DNA of 63,224 nucleotides, the filler included, from Choristocarpus tenellus KU-1152 (Eukaryota; Protista; Phaeophyceae), in assembly GCA_964200185.2 (NCBI GenBank). It is 9 parts of 9 records of this genome, joined end to end, with 100 filler letters (N's around TTAATTAATTAA, not from the genome) between each part and the next. Parts side by side here need not be neighbours in the genome. Positions count along the whole stretch, not along the records: positions 48,059 to 55,276 come from CAXNAD020006518.1; positions 55,377 to 59,223 come from CAXNAD020017590.1; positions 59,324 to 63,224 come from CAXNAD020017243.1; 6 more parts are not named here. One strand, given 5' to 3'. The notes under the pieces were generated by a model. That model saw only the letters and a program-made list of their open reading frames with translations. It did no database searches and was not told where the DNA came from. A program made the position numbers and the translations under genes. The first letter of the stretch is position 1. The number at the start of each line of letters is the position of its first letter. Below are positions 51,421 through 63,224 of this stretch, in pieces.

Positions 51421-52929
51421 TTCACGTACTGTTCATGTGAACTACTGTCGACGAGTGTTCCCTTGACCGTTTCTGTTTATGACGTCTCTGTATATCCCCA
51501 ATAGCCACGTAAGGGTCGTTCTGCTAAACAGGAGGGCATTTTTTTTTAGCACAACATGCCCCCCTCTGTTTCAGACTCTTTAAACTAGAACGGCATGGAT
51601 CTTTACTCGGTCTTGCTAACCTTGGGTTCAAACAACATAGATGTCGCAGTGAGCACCGGAAGTATGGCTTGCCAGGATGTGCATGTTCCACACCACCATC
51701 TTTCACCTCAGATATAGCCCCTAACAGATACAGGGAGTACATATATCGTCCATCATCACTCTGTAGTGTGCAATGACTGTAATCTCCGATATAGTGCACT
51801 ACACTATCTCAAATACATGAGCTTTTTTGTCTTGACCATGTTCCTCTACACATCTTTCTCACTCTCCGCTTTACTCACACTTGTCTTCTATCCAATTCCT
51901 AGGTCCATGATTATGACGATGCAGAAGAGCTGGTATTATGTACTGTCGCAGGCAAGAGGTCCCACAGAGTACAATGTTACCTTTGAGGAGGCATCTCCCA
52001 TGTCCTCGACAGCCCTTAGCATACCAGGAAGAAACGAAGTTTCAAAACATTCTTATGCTGAGGATTGGCACAGGTCCTGCATACAAGACAGAGCTTAACT
52101 CCGTGCTCATATCGGAAAAAAGGAGACCTACGGAACCAGAGCAGCGTTGTACATGGTCATTGGCGAGAACTGTCCTGTACACAGAGCAGTTGCAAGCTAG
52201 TGATGATGAGGAGTCTGACTTGAGCGTGGGCATTGCCAAAGTCCCCTGGGCAAACGGCTCTTGTGAGGAGGGAAGCAGAGTTGGAGAGGAAGAGGAAGTG
52301 ATTCAAAGCCTTCCAGGACGGTGTGTGGCCCATCCTGCACAGTCTTCTTGAATATCATCAAACAGGTGTAGAAAGGATGGAAATACCCAAGGGGGGTCAT
52401 AGAGTTGTGGACTACAGGGTCCAGAACGAGAGGTTTATCGTGACACCTAGAGTATGGACTTCTCAGATGGAGGATAAGAAGAGGTGGCTGGGTCTTCGAC
52501 TGGAGAAGGATAGGGTGGGGACACCACTCCTCTGGATTGAACGGCGATGAATGATGAACTTACAGACATAACATGCAAAGTAGTTGGAAGTCAAAGATAT
52601 TACGGTAAATTAATACATATTCTGATGAATGCATACTGCATATACACAGGCTCGACGTGTAATGCATGATTATGCATGATCGCTTAGTTATGTTTTTGTT
52701 GGGTGGCCCCAAGCTTCGGAAGTAGTGTTAGGGCTTGGGTTAGAGGGTTAGGATTATGTGGTCTGGCTAATTGTTAATACTCCAAACATTTGACTTGGGT
52801 GGCACCTTCTTGAGTAGGAAGAGGTATTTATCATACTCCATATCGCTCTTCCAGCATATGAGGATAGAGCACAGCAAATTTTATACTAACCCAATGTAAA
52901 CCCTGTAACTTGAGAGTAAGACAATAGTT

Positions 52930-53997
52930 TCATTTGTATTACAGTATCTGAAACTTGACCCTTTCAGAACCGATATCATTAAACACACCCACCTTGCCAG
53001 TTCTGATCCATTATCGCACACTTGCCCTGAGAACAACTATATCTTCGTCTGTCAACCTAATAACCACCATCTAAGCTGGTCAACAGGCTATTCACACATC
53101 ACAGGCACCTTGTACATGCGTCAATAGCATCTACAGGCTTGTAGATTAGAGCCACACATCCCGTGAAGGTGAGCTCCGTGGAGGGTTTTGTAACATGGAG
53201 GTCCTACTTTGTCTCTTCAAATCGGAGAGAATATTCAGCTTACCACAGGGGACTGCAGTTAGTTTGATGTCATGGATTCATCTCCATCTCTACTTCTCTC
53301 AAGTTGGGGGGAAGGGGTCTGCATTGTCGCATCTGTGGGTCAAACTCAGCGAGGAACAGACCTTGCGACTATGAGTGAGGGCATTCACTCGTGTTTGCAT
53401 TAATCGCCTGCACTCCAGATCACGGCTTATAGGGTCTCGTTCAACGACCACAAAGCTGTGTAAGAGAGTGCAGGTCACCTTACTGTCTACACTGGTTCGC
53501 ATCAATGGCATACACTTGTGATCAAGGCTTCAGGGCCTCTCTTTACTATCTTAAGACTGTGTGTAATAGAGTTCAGGTCGCCTTATGGATCGCATCAATG
53601 ACCTGTACCTGAATGCGTGGCTTCAGGGTCTCTCTTTACGGCCTGAGGCTAGGCAATAGTGCGGACCGACTTGCTGTGTCCACCAGGTTACACCAATGAC
53701 CTGTGCCCTAGGCCATAACCTCAGAGACTCCCTTCTAATGAAGTGAAGACCTCGAGATTATGCATGGAGGGGCTGGCAGCATTCCTGTTGTGTGTTTCAT
53801 GTGCTTCGATTTTCTGTAGAATAGGTTTCGCCTTATTCACATACGCAATCTTTCTATCCATTGGTGCACTCACTGTTTTGTTTGTGTTCTCCTGTGTTGC
53901 AATCGATCGCTTACAGAAGTAACCAGCAATTCGATGAGTCATAACTCAGGCGCAGATGACCACGGGGACACAAGGTGTACGTAGTCTGCGACTCACA
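52930..53997 (-). mobile_element. Decayed copia-type LTR element remnant (candidate PPT-LTR-PBS, tandem-repeat leader, integrase trace)
   Basis: On the minus strand: purine tract TTGACGGGGG (about 54011-54002), then about 277 nt starting TGTGAG, then GGTTATGGCC (53720-53711), which resembles the copia half-tRNA-Met PBS GGTTATGGGCC. A CDNGSE integrase-like motif lies near 53010. Confidence 0.35.
53394..53707. repeat. Degenerate tandem repeat, about 3.2 units of ~93-103 bp
   Basis: TCGCATCAATG...GGCTTCAGGG(C/T)CTCTCTTTAC...AATAG recurs at about 53497 and 53590. More diverged copies lie at about 53394 and 53690. Confidence 0.7.
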
Positions 53998-54701
53998 GGT
54001 ACCCCCGTCAAGAATGTGTGGCTCGAGGAGAAAGGATGGAGACTGAATACTTGGGCTGAGTACCCTGAGGGAGAGACGAAGGAGGGCAGGACAAGTCAGA
54101 TATTTCCAGTCTGAGGGAGCAGCGAACAAGAGCACACTGGAGATGCCAATAAGGGGGAGGAGATTGTACCTTTGGATGTTGAGACCTGAATCGAAAGTCG
54201 CGTGATTTCGTGTGCAATGGGTAGTTTGTGATGCGAAGAGGTATCATTGTGCCGCAAAGCACCAGTGAATTTGTTCTGTTCAAACTGAAATCATGGCTTG
54301 CTCAGTCAGAAGATGGATTATGTGTATTCGACGTTCTTCCTTGGTACACTCAAAGGGAGAAATGCATGCTCTAAGAAGAGGCTTGTTACCCTGGCGGACA
54401 AGGGTTTCTGTGGATGTTTTGACTCTGAATATATAACATCCAGGCGTGTATCAGGTATACTTTTAACACAGAGTGAGTTTGGTGTCTTATGAGGGGGTAA
54501 TGCCAACCAAGAGAAAAAAATCAATAATCGATATACAACTGGAGTTTTTGCTGTTAATGAGGGAAAAAGAGAAAACAAGAAACAACACAACAAACTTGAA
54601 CGAATGTGTGATGTAACTCAAGCGACGCATATATGTCTGTGTGTATGATGTGTGGCGACTGTTCTGATGCTTCCTATGTACTGCGGTGTTGTGATGACGA
54701 G

Positions 54702-55212
54702 CTAGTGATGGAAGTGAAAGTAACGACCAGTACAGCGAACTAATCAACGGTCATTATGGACTGATGGCACTGTATCGTATCAAGCAAAAAAATGAGTAGC
54801 CTATGTTTTAACAGTGGATGGGTGGGCCACAAAACCCTACTGGACTTGGTTTCAACGAGGGGGGAGTCATTCTACGGAAGAAACCAAATTCTGTCCGAGT
54901 GTGAGACATTATTTTGTGTCTTGTATTTGTTTGTGTTGATAGTCCTTTGGAAGAGAGGGCCTTTCTATGGAGTGCCCTATCTTTGTGACCGTGAGGCAAT
55001 ATTACTGCACCTGTACCTATTTGTATTCCATGGTTTTGGAAGGGTTAGGGTTTTTTGTTGACAGTACCCTATTTGAAATGAGTGTGAGAACTCTGGTGTG
55101 TTAATACATAGGCTACTCATCTTTTGTGTACTTCATATGATACAGTATTACCAGTTCATACTGACTATTGATTCACACATTATTGGTACTGGACGTCACT
55201 CACATATACTAG
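54702..55212. mobile_element. MITE-like element with ~110-bp degenerate terminal inverted repeats
   Basis: 54745-54812 (CAACGGTCATTATGGACTG...ACTGTATCGTAT...ATGAGTAGCCTATGTTTTAAC) matches the reverse complement of 55100-55170 (CAATAGTCAGTATGAACTG...ACTGTATCATAT...ATGAGTAGCCTATGTATTAAC). Similarity extends outward to CTAGT/ACTAG. Confidence 0.7.
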
Positions 55213-57172
55213 AGTATTTATCATTGTGAGGCTTACTTTTACCACAACTGGTCGAGGCTCAAAGTATCTGGGGGGGNNNNNNNNNNNNNNNNNNNNNNNN
55301 NNNNNNNNNNNNNNNNNNNNTTAATTAATTAANNNNNNNNNNNNNNNNNNNNNNNNNNNNNNNNNNNNNNNNNNNNGGGGGGCACCAAGGATAATGAGGA
55401 GGAAAAGGCCCAGAAGGTCTGTGTGTTTGTGTGCACCAGAGAACACAGCATGGTGCGGATACTACTAATTTTTGGACTAGTTCCTACTGACCGTAGCACT
55501 GTGCAATCACGGTTCATATTGCTGAACCAAAGATGGGTCGAAAGAAACAAGGATCCAAGCAAAGCAGAAGGCGACCTCTCTTTCACCTCCACACTCCAGT
55601 GGACATATCACCACCAGGAGGGAGTTATGATGTGGTATGACTAAAGCACTTGGTATGGGCACTCCATATTGAAGAGGAAGAGGCAGCAGATTGGCGTGCT
55701 TGAAGAGCACATCTGGGCCCGTCTTGAGTACTCTTTACATCATCACCAATAGAGTACTGCTTTGAGAGGTTTGCCCAGCTCCTATGAGATCAAATAGATA
55801 GGGTAGGAGAGAACTTCAAAACCTAACTGTTTTGTTTTGAATTCCATATTCCAAAATTGTACACATATCTGGATACCCCAAGGTCATGCAACTGCAGCCG
55901 TCTTGTGTGTGGGCAGCAGTGCCTGCTTACTGGCACAATTGATGCCAAAGCTTGCTCTACCCCTATATCCATTGGGAACTTTCATGGGGATGACATTCAC
56001 AAGGCACCTGGGCTGGTGGGGTGCAGGTACTATTGGAGTAGAGCAACAAGGGGTGGTCAAAAGCATTCCTTGTATGTTATGTTTTTCTCCCTAGAGTGTT
56101 GGTGGACCTTGGATCTGTTTTCCTTTCTGGAGTTGGACCTTCATACCACATGCGTTGTTGTGAAATAAACAGGTCAATCTGATAGCTGGACTTCCACTGC
56201 TGTGTCCGAGTCCTTCAGTTTTCCTTTTTGCATTTCTTTTATTTTCTGACAAACTTCTTCAATTTACCACTCACTTCCTCTGCTTAACAACCTCTAGCCA
56301 TTGGTTTGAGAGATCTACTGTGCGAATAATAAGCAATGGTTGATTACAGTGATTCAAATTCAATAATAATTGTGATGAGACATGTGTAAGCCCCCCCTAC
56401 AGAATTGGTACCAAATGGCATAAACACCTATTAAGGAGGTTCTTTGAGCATTGTGGTTGCCGTGAACTGAATTTTTAGTATGTAATTATGGTTTTAATAT
56501 CAACTTCTTCACGTATGTGAATTTGTCTGCATGGATATCCTTACTTGGGAAACTCGCCAACTCTTCATGCAGGCATATATTGGTCTCTGCAATAGAATGG
56601 TGTACTTCTGTACCTTTCTTCCTTACTCAAGCAAGAGGTTTCTGTCCTAAAACACAATGATGGAGGCTTCTGTATCTCAATATGATGCACATGAAGGAAC
56701 CTTGGGCTATTTTGTTGTCCTATTTCAATATTGTGTTATGTGGTTGAACATAAATATATTCCACATCCCATTCAGAAACAGGAACTCACCTGTCTGTAGA
56801 TGGTGCATTATTGGGTTATACACACACCTCAATCAATGATGAACAAGAAGTGATTTCTACCACGTGGAATGAAGCCCAACACAGTTACATGAAGAGCAAG
56901 CTCGACAATGCTGTCACAACTCGCTTTCAAAACCTTAAAAACGCCTACAACATCAAAATGATAGACAAATCTCTTTCAAGACTAACTATTGTGAAGTGGG
57001 ATGGGCCCTTCCTTCCCCCCTAGCTCCCATCCCCTGTTTATTGATGTGGCCAGGAGTATGAGAATACAAGCATGTCGGAACCGTACTAGAGTGTTGTGCT
57101 TGGGCAAGAAAGGGCCCATCCTAACCATCAACATGATATTGGAGTGGCCACTTGCTCCAGCAATCCGGAGGT

Positions 57173-58932
57173 TTACAACTGGCTAAGCAAGGTCTGGCCA
57201 GTGGATGTATTTGAGAAGCCCGTCTTGTCTTCCAAGTTGAGCTTGGTCACAACACCATCATCCACCTTCACCATTGCAATAGAAGGCAAGGTAGCATTGC
57301 CGGGTGGGGACAAGTGATATGGCTTGGTCAGGGAAACAAAGTGATGGCAAATAATAAGGTATAGGGGCATTGGTCACAACAAGTACAGCTCTGCTGTAGG
57401 CACTCTTCGCTTATGATCAGTCTTTTTATCACAAATGTCGAAAAAAATCCGCTGTGGTGATAAGTCGGATACATTGCAAAAGAGTGGACCATTGCTATCA
57501 TGGGCTCAATTGCTGAGACCAGATGTTCCCGTCAAACCACATAGCAGAATAGACCAGGCAGTGTGAGAGTCCCCTCAGATAATTGCTCATACAGTGGTAT
57601 GTAATAGCTTAAAGTGAAACCCATCTACAATGTGCATCACCATCAAATAGGTTTATGTTCTGCATGGGGATATTTTCTTCCTCTGCAAAACCTTACATTC
57701 CAAGCATGTACATCTTTGTACACGAAGATATTGATCTACACAGACTCCGCCCATGCCTGTCCTAATTATCAGTGAACAATGATGTCAACTCACCAGCATG
57801 GACAATCTGTTGAGGCGAATTCCCCCGAAATTGCCAGTATCTACGGCGAGGTCCGTCGCTGTAGCGAACGCTCCACCCCCATCAGACAACATGATGATCT
57901 TGTCGGCTGCTTCAAGAGCCTTGATCCACCTCCCCATCACAAAGGCGTCGTTCACGGCCATGCACGCCACCGTATCCACCCCCTTAGCCTGTCATTGATT
58001 TGACATCAGAAGTATAGACCATTACAACCATGATTATACTATATGTATATTGTTCTGATTGTAGTACAACATTGACATTCCTACTTGCACTGGTAACAAT
58101 GTCAGTCAGGTTGTGCTACACCATTTGATGTCGACAATATGTCATATCAGACACAATAGCAGACACAATAGCAGACAACGACCATGTAGCGACCCACTGT
58201 GAGGAGATGAGGTTGCGAGGAGGCGGGGGAAAGTGTTTTTATCCAAACAAAATACATGGAATTGTTGCGAGGAAGAATGGAGTGATCAGGTAAGTTTCCT
58301 TTCATCGTGACATCTCCGTATAGTCACATGAACATACAGGGAGATATTCAATGCACCATAGGCGTGGGCTGGGCGTCATCTGGAAAACGTTTGACAATCA
58401 GTACCTTTCACTTTCGCACACATGCCACACATCAAATGGACTCCCTCCCTGTTTTCCAACCTTGTCTGACATACTGCGTGTCGAAGATGCGACACACATC
58501 CTACAAGATACTTTTCTGCATCGCATCGATTGGCACGGGACCCAATCCTCACCTTCAGCGCATCGAAGGCGGTGATGAAAGAAGGCAGATGATCGTCATT
58601 GCAGGTAGGGGTAAACGCCCCGGGTACTCCACAGATCGCCACCTTCTTGCCACCAAAAATCTCCGACGCCGTCATATCCTGTTGAGATGCAAGACCCAGA
58701 TAGACAATGAAAAATGTAAGGAGAAAGGGGGGGAGTGAGAGAGTCCTTGCCCGCGTTCCTATTCAAATTAGTCGTGGTTAGAGTTGATATCTTGGGATCC
58801 CCTGAATAACCTGAATTCTTCGCCTTGGCAAATTGGTGAGAAAGGAATTTTTTGTCTCACCGTAGGTTTTCCATCCACCAAGGTCTGGAAGGTGATATCC
58901 ATGGGGAACTTATCGCCCTCCTTAAGCGGCAT
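57173..58932 (-). CDS. PRDX5: Type II peroxiredoxin (PRX5/PrxII, Redoxin family), complete, 161 aa, 4 exons
   Basis: Exons 58932-58861, 58678-58553, 57988-57794, 57265-57173, all phase 0 GT-AG. Protein: MPLKEGDKFP...KKVAICGVPGAFTPTCNDDHLPSF...VDTVACMAVNDAFVMGRW...MLSDGGGAF...GIRLNRLSMLVDDGVVTKLNLE...LLSQL*. It has the PGAFTPTC peroxidatic motif and no obvious targeting peptide. Confidence 0.95.
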
Positions 58933-59342
58933 GGTCAACTTCAGCTTAGATATATAACAAATTGAAAGGTACACAATTTATTGAATGTCGAGGTGTGCAG
59001 TGTTTGTGTTGGCGATTCTTCGTTGTTGTGTTATAGCAGCACGAGGGTGAAATGATCGCGGACATCGTCGCGCGTATGAATTTCTTGTGACTCGAAGAAA
59101 AACAAAAAAACTACCTGACCCTGGGCCGTTGCGATGAGATTGAATCTTCCCTTGCGATGAGCTGTTAACGACCAAAGCATGGCTGTTCTTTTGACTTGAG
59201 GGCTTGCCCTGATGAAGGGAAGANNNNNNNNNNNNNNNNNNNNNNNNNNNNNNNNNNNNNNNNNNNNTTAATTAATTAANNNNNNNNNNNNNNNNNNNNN
59301 NNNNNNNNNNNNNNNNNNNNNNNCTCCTGACAACATACTTAC

Positions 59343-59358
59343 CAGAGTCGGCGCCCAT
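59343..59358 (-). CDS. Possible tiny first coding exon (MGADS) of a gene running off the contig
   Basis: AAAATGGGCGCCGACTCTG|GTAAGT: a good start context and a consensus donor, 19 nt from the contig end. Confidence 0.3.
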
Positions 59359-62300
59359 TTTGCTTCAGGTGACGTGCACAGTTTCGCGCGGTGGTGGGGG
59401 GAGGAGGGATACAATGAATGAGCAGGAAATTGATAAACTGGTGTTTTTCTTATTTCATGTGAAAGAAGATTTTTTTTAAAACCATATTTTTGCTCTGGGC
59501 TGTTGTCGCCTTATTCTCCCTCTTCTCCCTGTTTGTTCTCTTGCGATATGTGACGAGTCAAACAAGTTTCCCGAAAAAATAGATAAATGCACATCGGCGT
59601 ATCTGACAGGGGGTGGGAGGAGGGGGGGTAGATCGCAACAAACGATAATTCGGGCATGACTGAGATATTCGTAGAAAGAGGTTGATCATCACATAATGTC
59701 AACACTTATAAGCGCTCAGCGTTAGCTTCTTCTACTTGGGGACAATAGCAATAATTGATAAACAATTTAATAATATGGTAAAATAACACTTCTTCTCACT
59801 TGGTCGACCATCCATAATGACAATGAAACGCCACCCCGAAAGAAACTACATCGAAGTGCTATTTTTCTGAGCATGTCGAAAAACGCGGTACAAAAATTAA
59901 TATTTTCAGATTTGGCACAAAATCGGGGTAGGTACTGTATTTATCTTCACTTAAATATGTCCTACTACCACCTTTGGCATGGATTCCCATTCAAAAAGGG
60001 GCCCTAAAAAAGTTTTATGACATTTACAAAAAAAAACATATGGGCACTTTCCGCGCACCATTTCGGTCAAACCCATTTTCCATGAAATGATCCATCCGCC
60101 ATTATCATGATCCGCTGTTAAATATGCTTCTGACTACTATTGACATGCATGTCTGTTCAATATGACCCAAAGCACGTATTAAGGTACAGAATTCCAACAA
60201 AACAAGTGTGCCCCAAAATGGGGGCACCTCGTTGACTATCTGATCCTATTTGGGGTCACCTTGAGACGGGCGAAAATTGTGGTGGAAGAAAAACAGACCT
60301 CTTTGTCAAGTCTTCATCGTTTCTCTGTGGTTCCATGTGACGTTGCATTGTGTGGTGTATACAGTAGTAGTAAGTGGCAGGTAAGTGTACAACAGTGTTG
60401 TTATCCCTCCCATGATAATAGACAGTAGATTTCAGTGGAGAGGGAGTCTTTGTCGAATGGGTACAGACCTTCGTAATTGTCCCGAGTTAGTATCACGGAA
60501 ATGAGGTACATGAGAACCCTAAAAATATGAATATTATGGTTAGATATGAATATATACGCGAACATTCCACAGATCGTAGGATATGACGTATACTTCTAAT
60601 TGGCTACTCTTTCTACTTGCTGGATTAAATTTGTTTGTTGTCTGTTCTTGAAACTATGACAAGGACAGAGCATTACTTGTCTGAAGTGGACATGGCGACC
60701 GAAGAGGTTTGCTATTCTTGGTTGCATAGATATGCTGTCCATTTCGTCGATTGCCCAAATGGCTTGTCGTTTTCGTATCTGAAGCTTCTCGAAGACTACC
60801 CCGTGCCTCAAATTCCTGAAGAGGAACTGTCTCGTAGTTGGTAGACTCTACACGCACAGAAGCTTTGTGGGGTCTGGACGAACTTTCCGCTAGTTTCTTC
60901 TATTGCACAAGTGTGTGCGAGTGCGTACACATTTCGATATGTCTTTTCTAGGAGTAGAAGCAGCGCTTCGAGGTCGTGATGACCTCGACCTGGGTGCTCT
61001 GTTGTTGTTGATGTATGAAGCCTTTTGCATACTTGTACAGGGAAAATTCATCCTATAGTGTTGGAAAACTCTGCAAGGAGCTTAATCTTTTGCCTTAACT
61101 ACCCTATGTGATGACCTTGTGTCCCTCTCTCCCACCCTAATTTACCCCTTCGAGATTTCAAGCTTACGTCTATGAGCTCCTCATCCACCGCCCCCTAGAT
61201 GGAATCTCTCTCCCGCGCTTTGCTGGTTTACCTCACAATCTCCCATGATCCTCGTGCACTCTCCAAGGCAACGATGCTGTTTGAGGATGAGGTCCCGTTG
61301 CTTAGGCCCTCCCTGTTTAGGCACGGTCTCGTGGCTACCCCCCCTCCCCAGGCATGCACAGAGGTTGGGATGGTGCAACAGCTATCGCTCATGCAACTCT
61401 CCTAACTCACGTTTTTCTTGTCCAGTCATTGCACGAAGTGGGGATTGGATAGTATCCTGCCTACACATTCATAGCCCCACACATCGATCCCTCTAAGATT
61501 GCCTTGTTTCACTATTTTATCCCCTCCCCCCTATTCCCCTCAATAATCGCTCTTTTAAGACCTCGGGCTTCTTGCGCGTTTGCTGGATACGGTGGAAATG
61601 GCTATGTGCCTTGCCAGGTGCAACAAGAGACATCGGTGGAGGGAGTCAATATCCCAAGGGCCACCACAATTAGTTTACCAGGCACTGGGGTCAATACACT
61701 GTGTGAGCCTATCGAGAATGGCTTTGAAGGGGTCGTGGGCATCATAAAGGGAGATTCTGGGAGCAAGTCAATGCGGGGAGACTTGCGTGTGGATGATGTT
61801 ACGGTGAGTTGAGTATAATGGCACCAAGTTTCTGGAAGCGGTGGAGGTACGTATAGCAGAAAAGGGGAGGCTGGAGGAAGGACATTAATCTTTTTTTGAT
61901 TCATGAAGTCACTTGCACTCTCTCTGACGGATTCATATATGTTTACTGCAGGAGGATCCTGTGACAGCTTTTGATACACAAGTTTGAGGAGTGTCGTTCA
62001 GGATCTTTTATTTAATGAGAGTGTGCACAGGGTTTGGTAGGTTTCGTGTTTTGGTTGAGGTTAAGCCCCTATAATTTGGAGATTGTGGATGCATTGTGTG
62101 GTGGACTGCTGCACTCCTTTCCCTACACACGTGGACTGTTTCTACTGGATGTGTTAGCGTGGCGTGAAACCATGCTGCTCCCCTCCTTCCCCACATACCA
62201 CTTCACCAACACCATCGAGCACAACAATGCCATTATCCTATCTCCTGAGCCATTTGCTCAATTGAAAAATGAGTAACGGAGGATTTACTTGGTGCTTTAA

Positions 62301-63224
62301 TGCAGAGTGTATTGTAGTGATCATCATACAAATCAGACAAGTTAACACTCAACTCTGTGTTATGCTCATCAAACTCGCCCTCGATGAGTACATACTATAT
62401 TCTCGCTTCACATGGTGTTGCACACATGCTCACGCCATTATCGTTATCATGTCCCATGCACTCCAGTCCACAAAATGCACAGCATATTTTACATCCCGCT
62501 TTGTTCCAGCCAAATACGTGCATAGCATCTATCTTGTCCAGATACATTCCAGCCCAAGACACACATGACACACGTTGTCGACACTCTTGACAATAACATA
62601 GATCACCCTTGCCCACGACAGTGGTCTCATTGTGTCCGGCTTTGCTTTGCAACGGAGTTAAATTGATGGAACATGTGTTGTGTCCTACTGCACTCGACTT
62701 TGAAGACAGCAGTAGATGCAGCACGTGTTTTTTCCCACAACGCTCAAGATGAAACCACGCATAACATTTTTGCTACATCCCGTAATACTCCGTTCCAAAA
62801 CGCTCAAAAAAACGCACACAATGTTTACGGTGTCCCGTAATGCTCATTTCCTTCTTTTTTTTTTACCCCCGAAACATTTGTAGCGCACGTTGTCTTCGTA
62901 AGATATTCCCAAAAAGAAATTAAAGTACCAGCAGTGCTCACTGCAACGCGATGGATGTAAAATGGTCACAGTGAAACGACCAAAATGCTAATGCTCAAAG
63001 TATCAACAGTAGTAGGAGTTGTGTGATAAAAAGATGAAAGTGATTCGTTATCCAGGGAGTGCAACTTAGAAGAGCACTGGATAGGAGGACTCTTTGTGTC
63101 CTCTACATATCTCGGGCATCACCACCTGGGTGTTGCAAGCTACCAAAAAAAAAAAAAAGCTTTGAAGTGTGGTTGGGGGGTGGCGGGGTGGGGGCGTGGG
63201 GCGCTAGGGGGGGGCGGGGCGTTG

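Noticed and set aside
53394-53707. CRISPR-like repeat-spacer array
   Set aside because: The units are similar along their whole length and degenerate, with no unique spacers, no cas genes and a eukaryotic context.
60731-62490. Identical heptapeptide YAVHFVD at about 60731 (+) and 62487 (-) with synonymous differences
   Set aside because: The similarity does not extend, the second copy is in the less open frame, and a 7-aa match can arise by chance among six-frame translations.
59-63000. Most of the 60-130 aa ORFs in the supplied track
   Set aside because: They are chance ORFs, antisense shadows of real exons (e.g. 43457-43759, 57798-57998, 58307-58738) or poly-G/C and microsatellite translations.

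Overview
Eukaryotic nuclear DNA: spliceosomal GT-AG introns, interstitial TTAGGG repeats, microsatellites and many decayed transposons. The window is nine contigs joined by artificial 100-nt N/TTAATTAATTAA linkers, so adjacency across linkers means nothing. Recognisable host genes are a complete 4-exon type II (PRX5-like) peroxiredoxin, the last two exons of the ciliary gene IQUB, the first six exons of a RAD7/Rhp7-like repair gene, and a few orphan exons. The host is a lineage with flagella; a stramenopile such as a brown alga is my guess only. The most interesting content is missed by the ORF track because it is broken by stops and frameshifts. A ~3-kb minus-strand segment (about 48.4-51.4 kb) translates, across frames, into bunyavirus-type L polymerase motifs F, A, B, C and D in the right order and spacing. 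A second, diverged L-like fragment lies on another contig (about 25.1-26.0 kb). These look like endogenous negative-strand RNA virus elements. Several other decayed ORFs of unknown origin may be further viral fossils. All protein-family calls come from manual translation and remembered motifs, not from searches.
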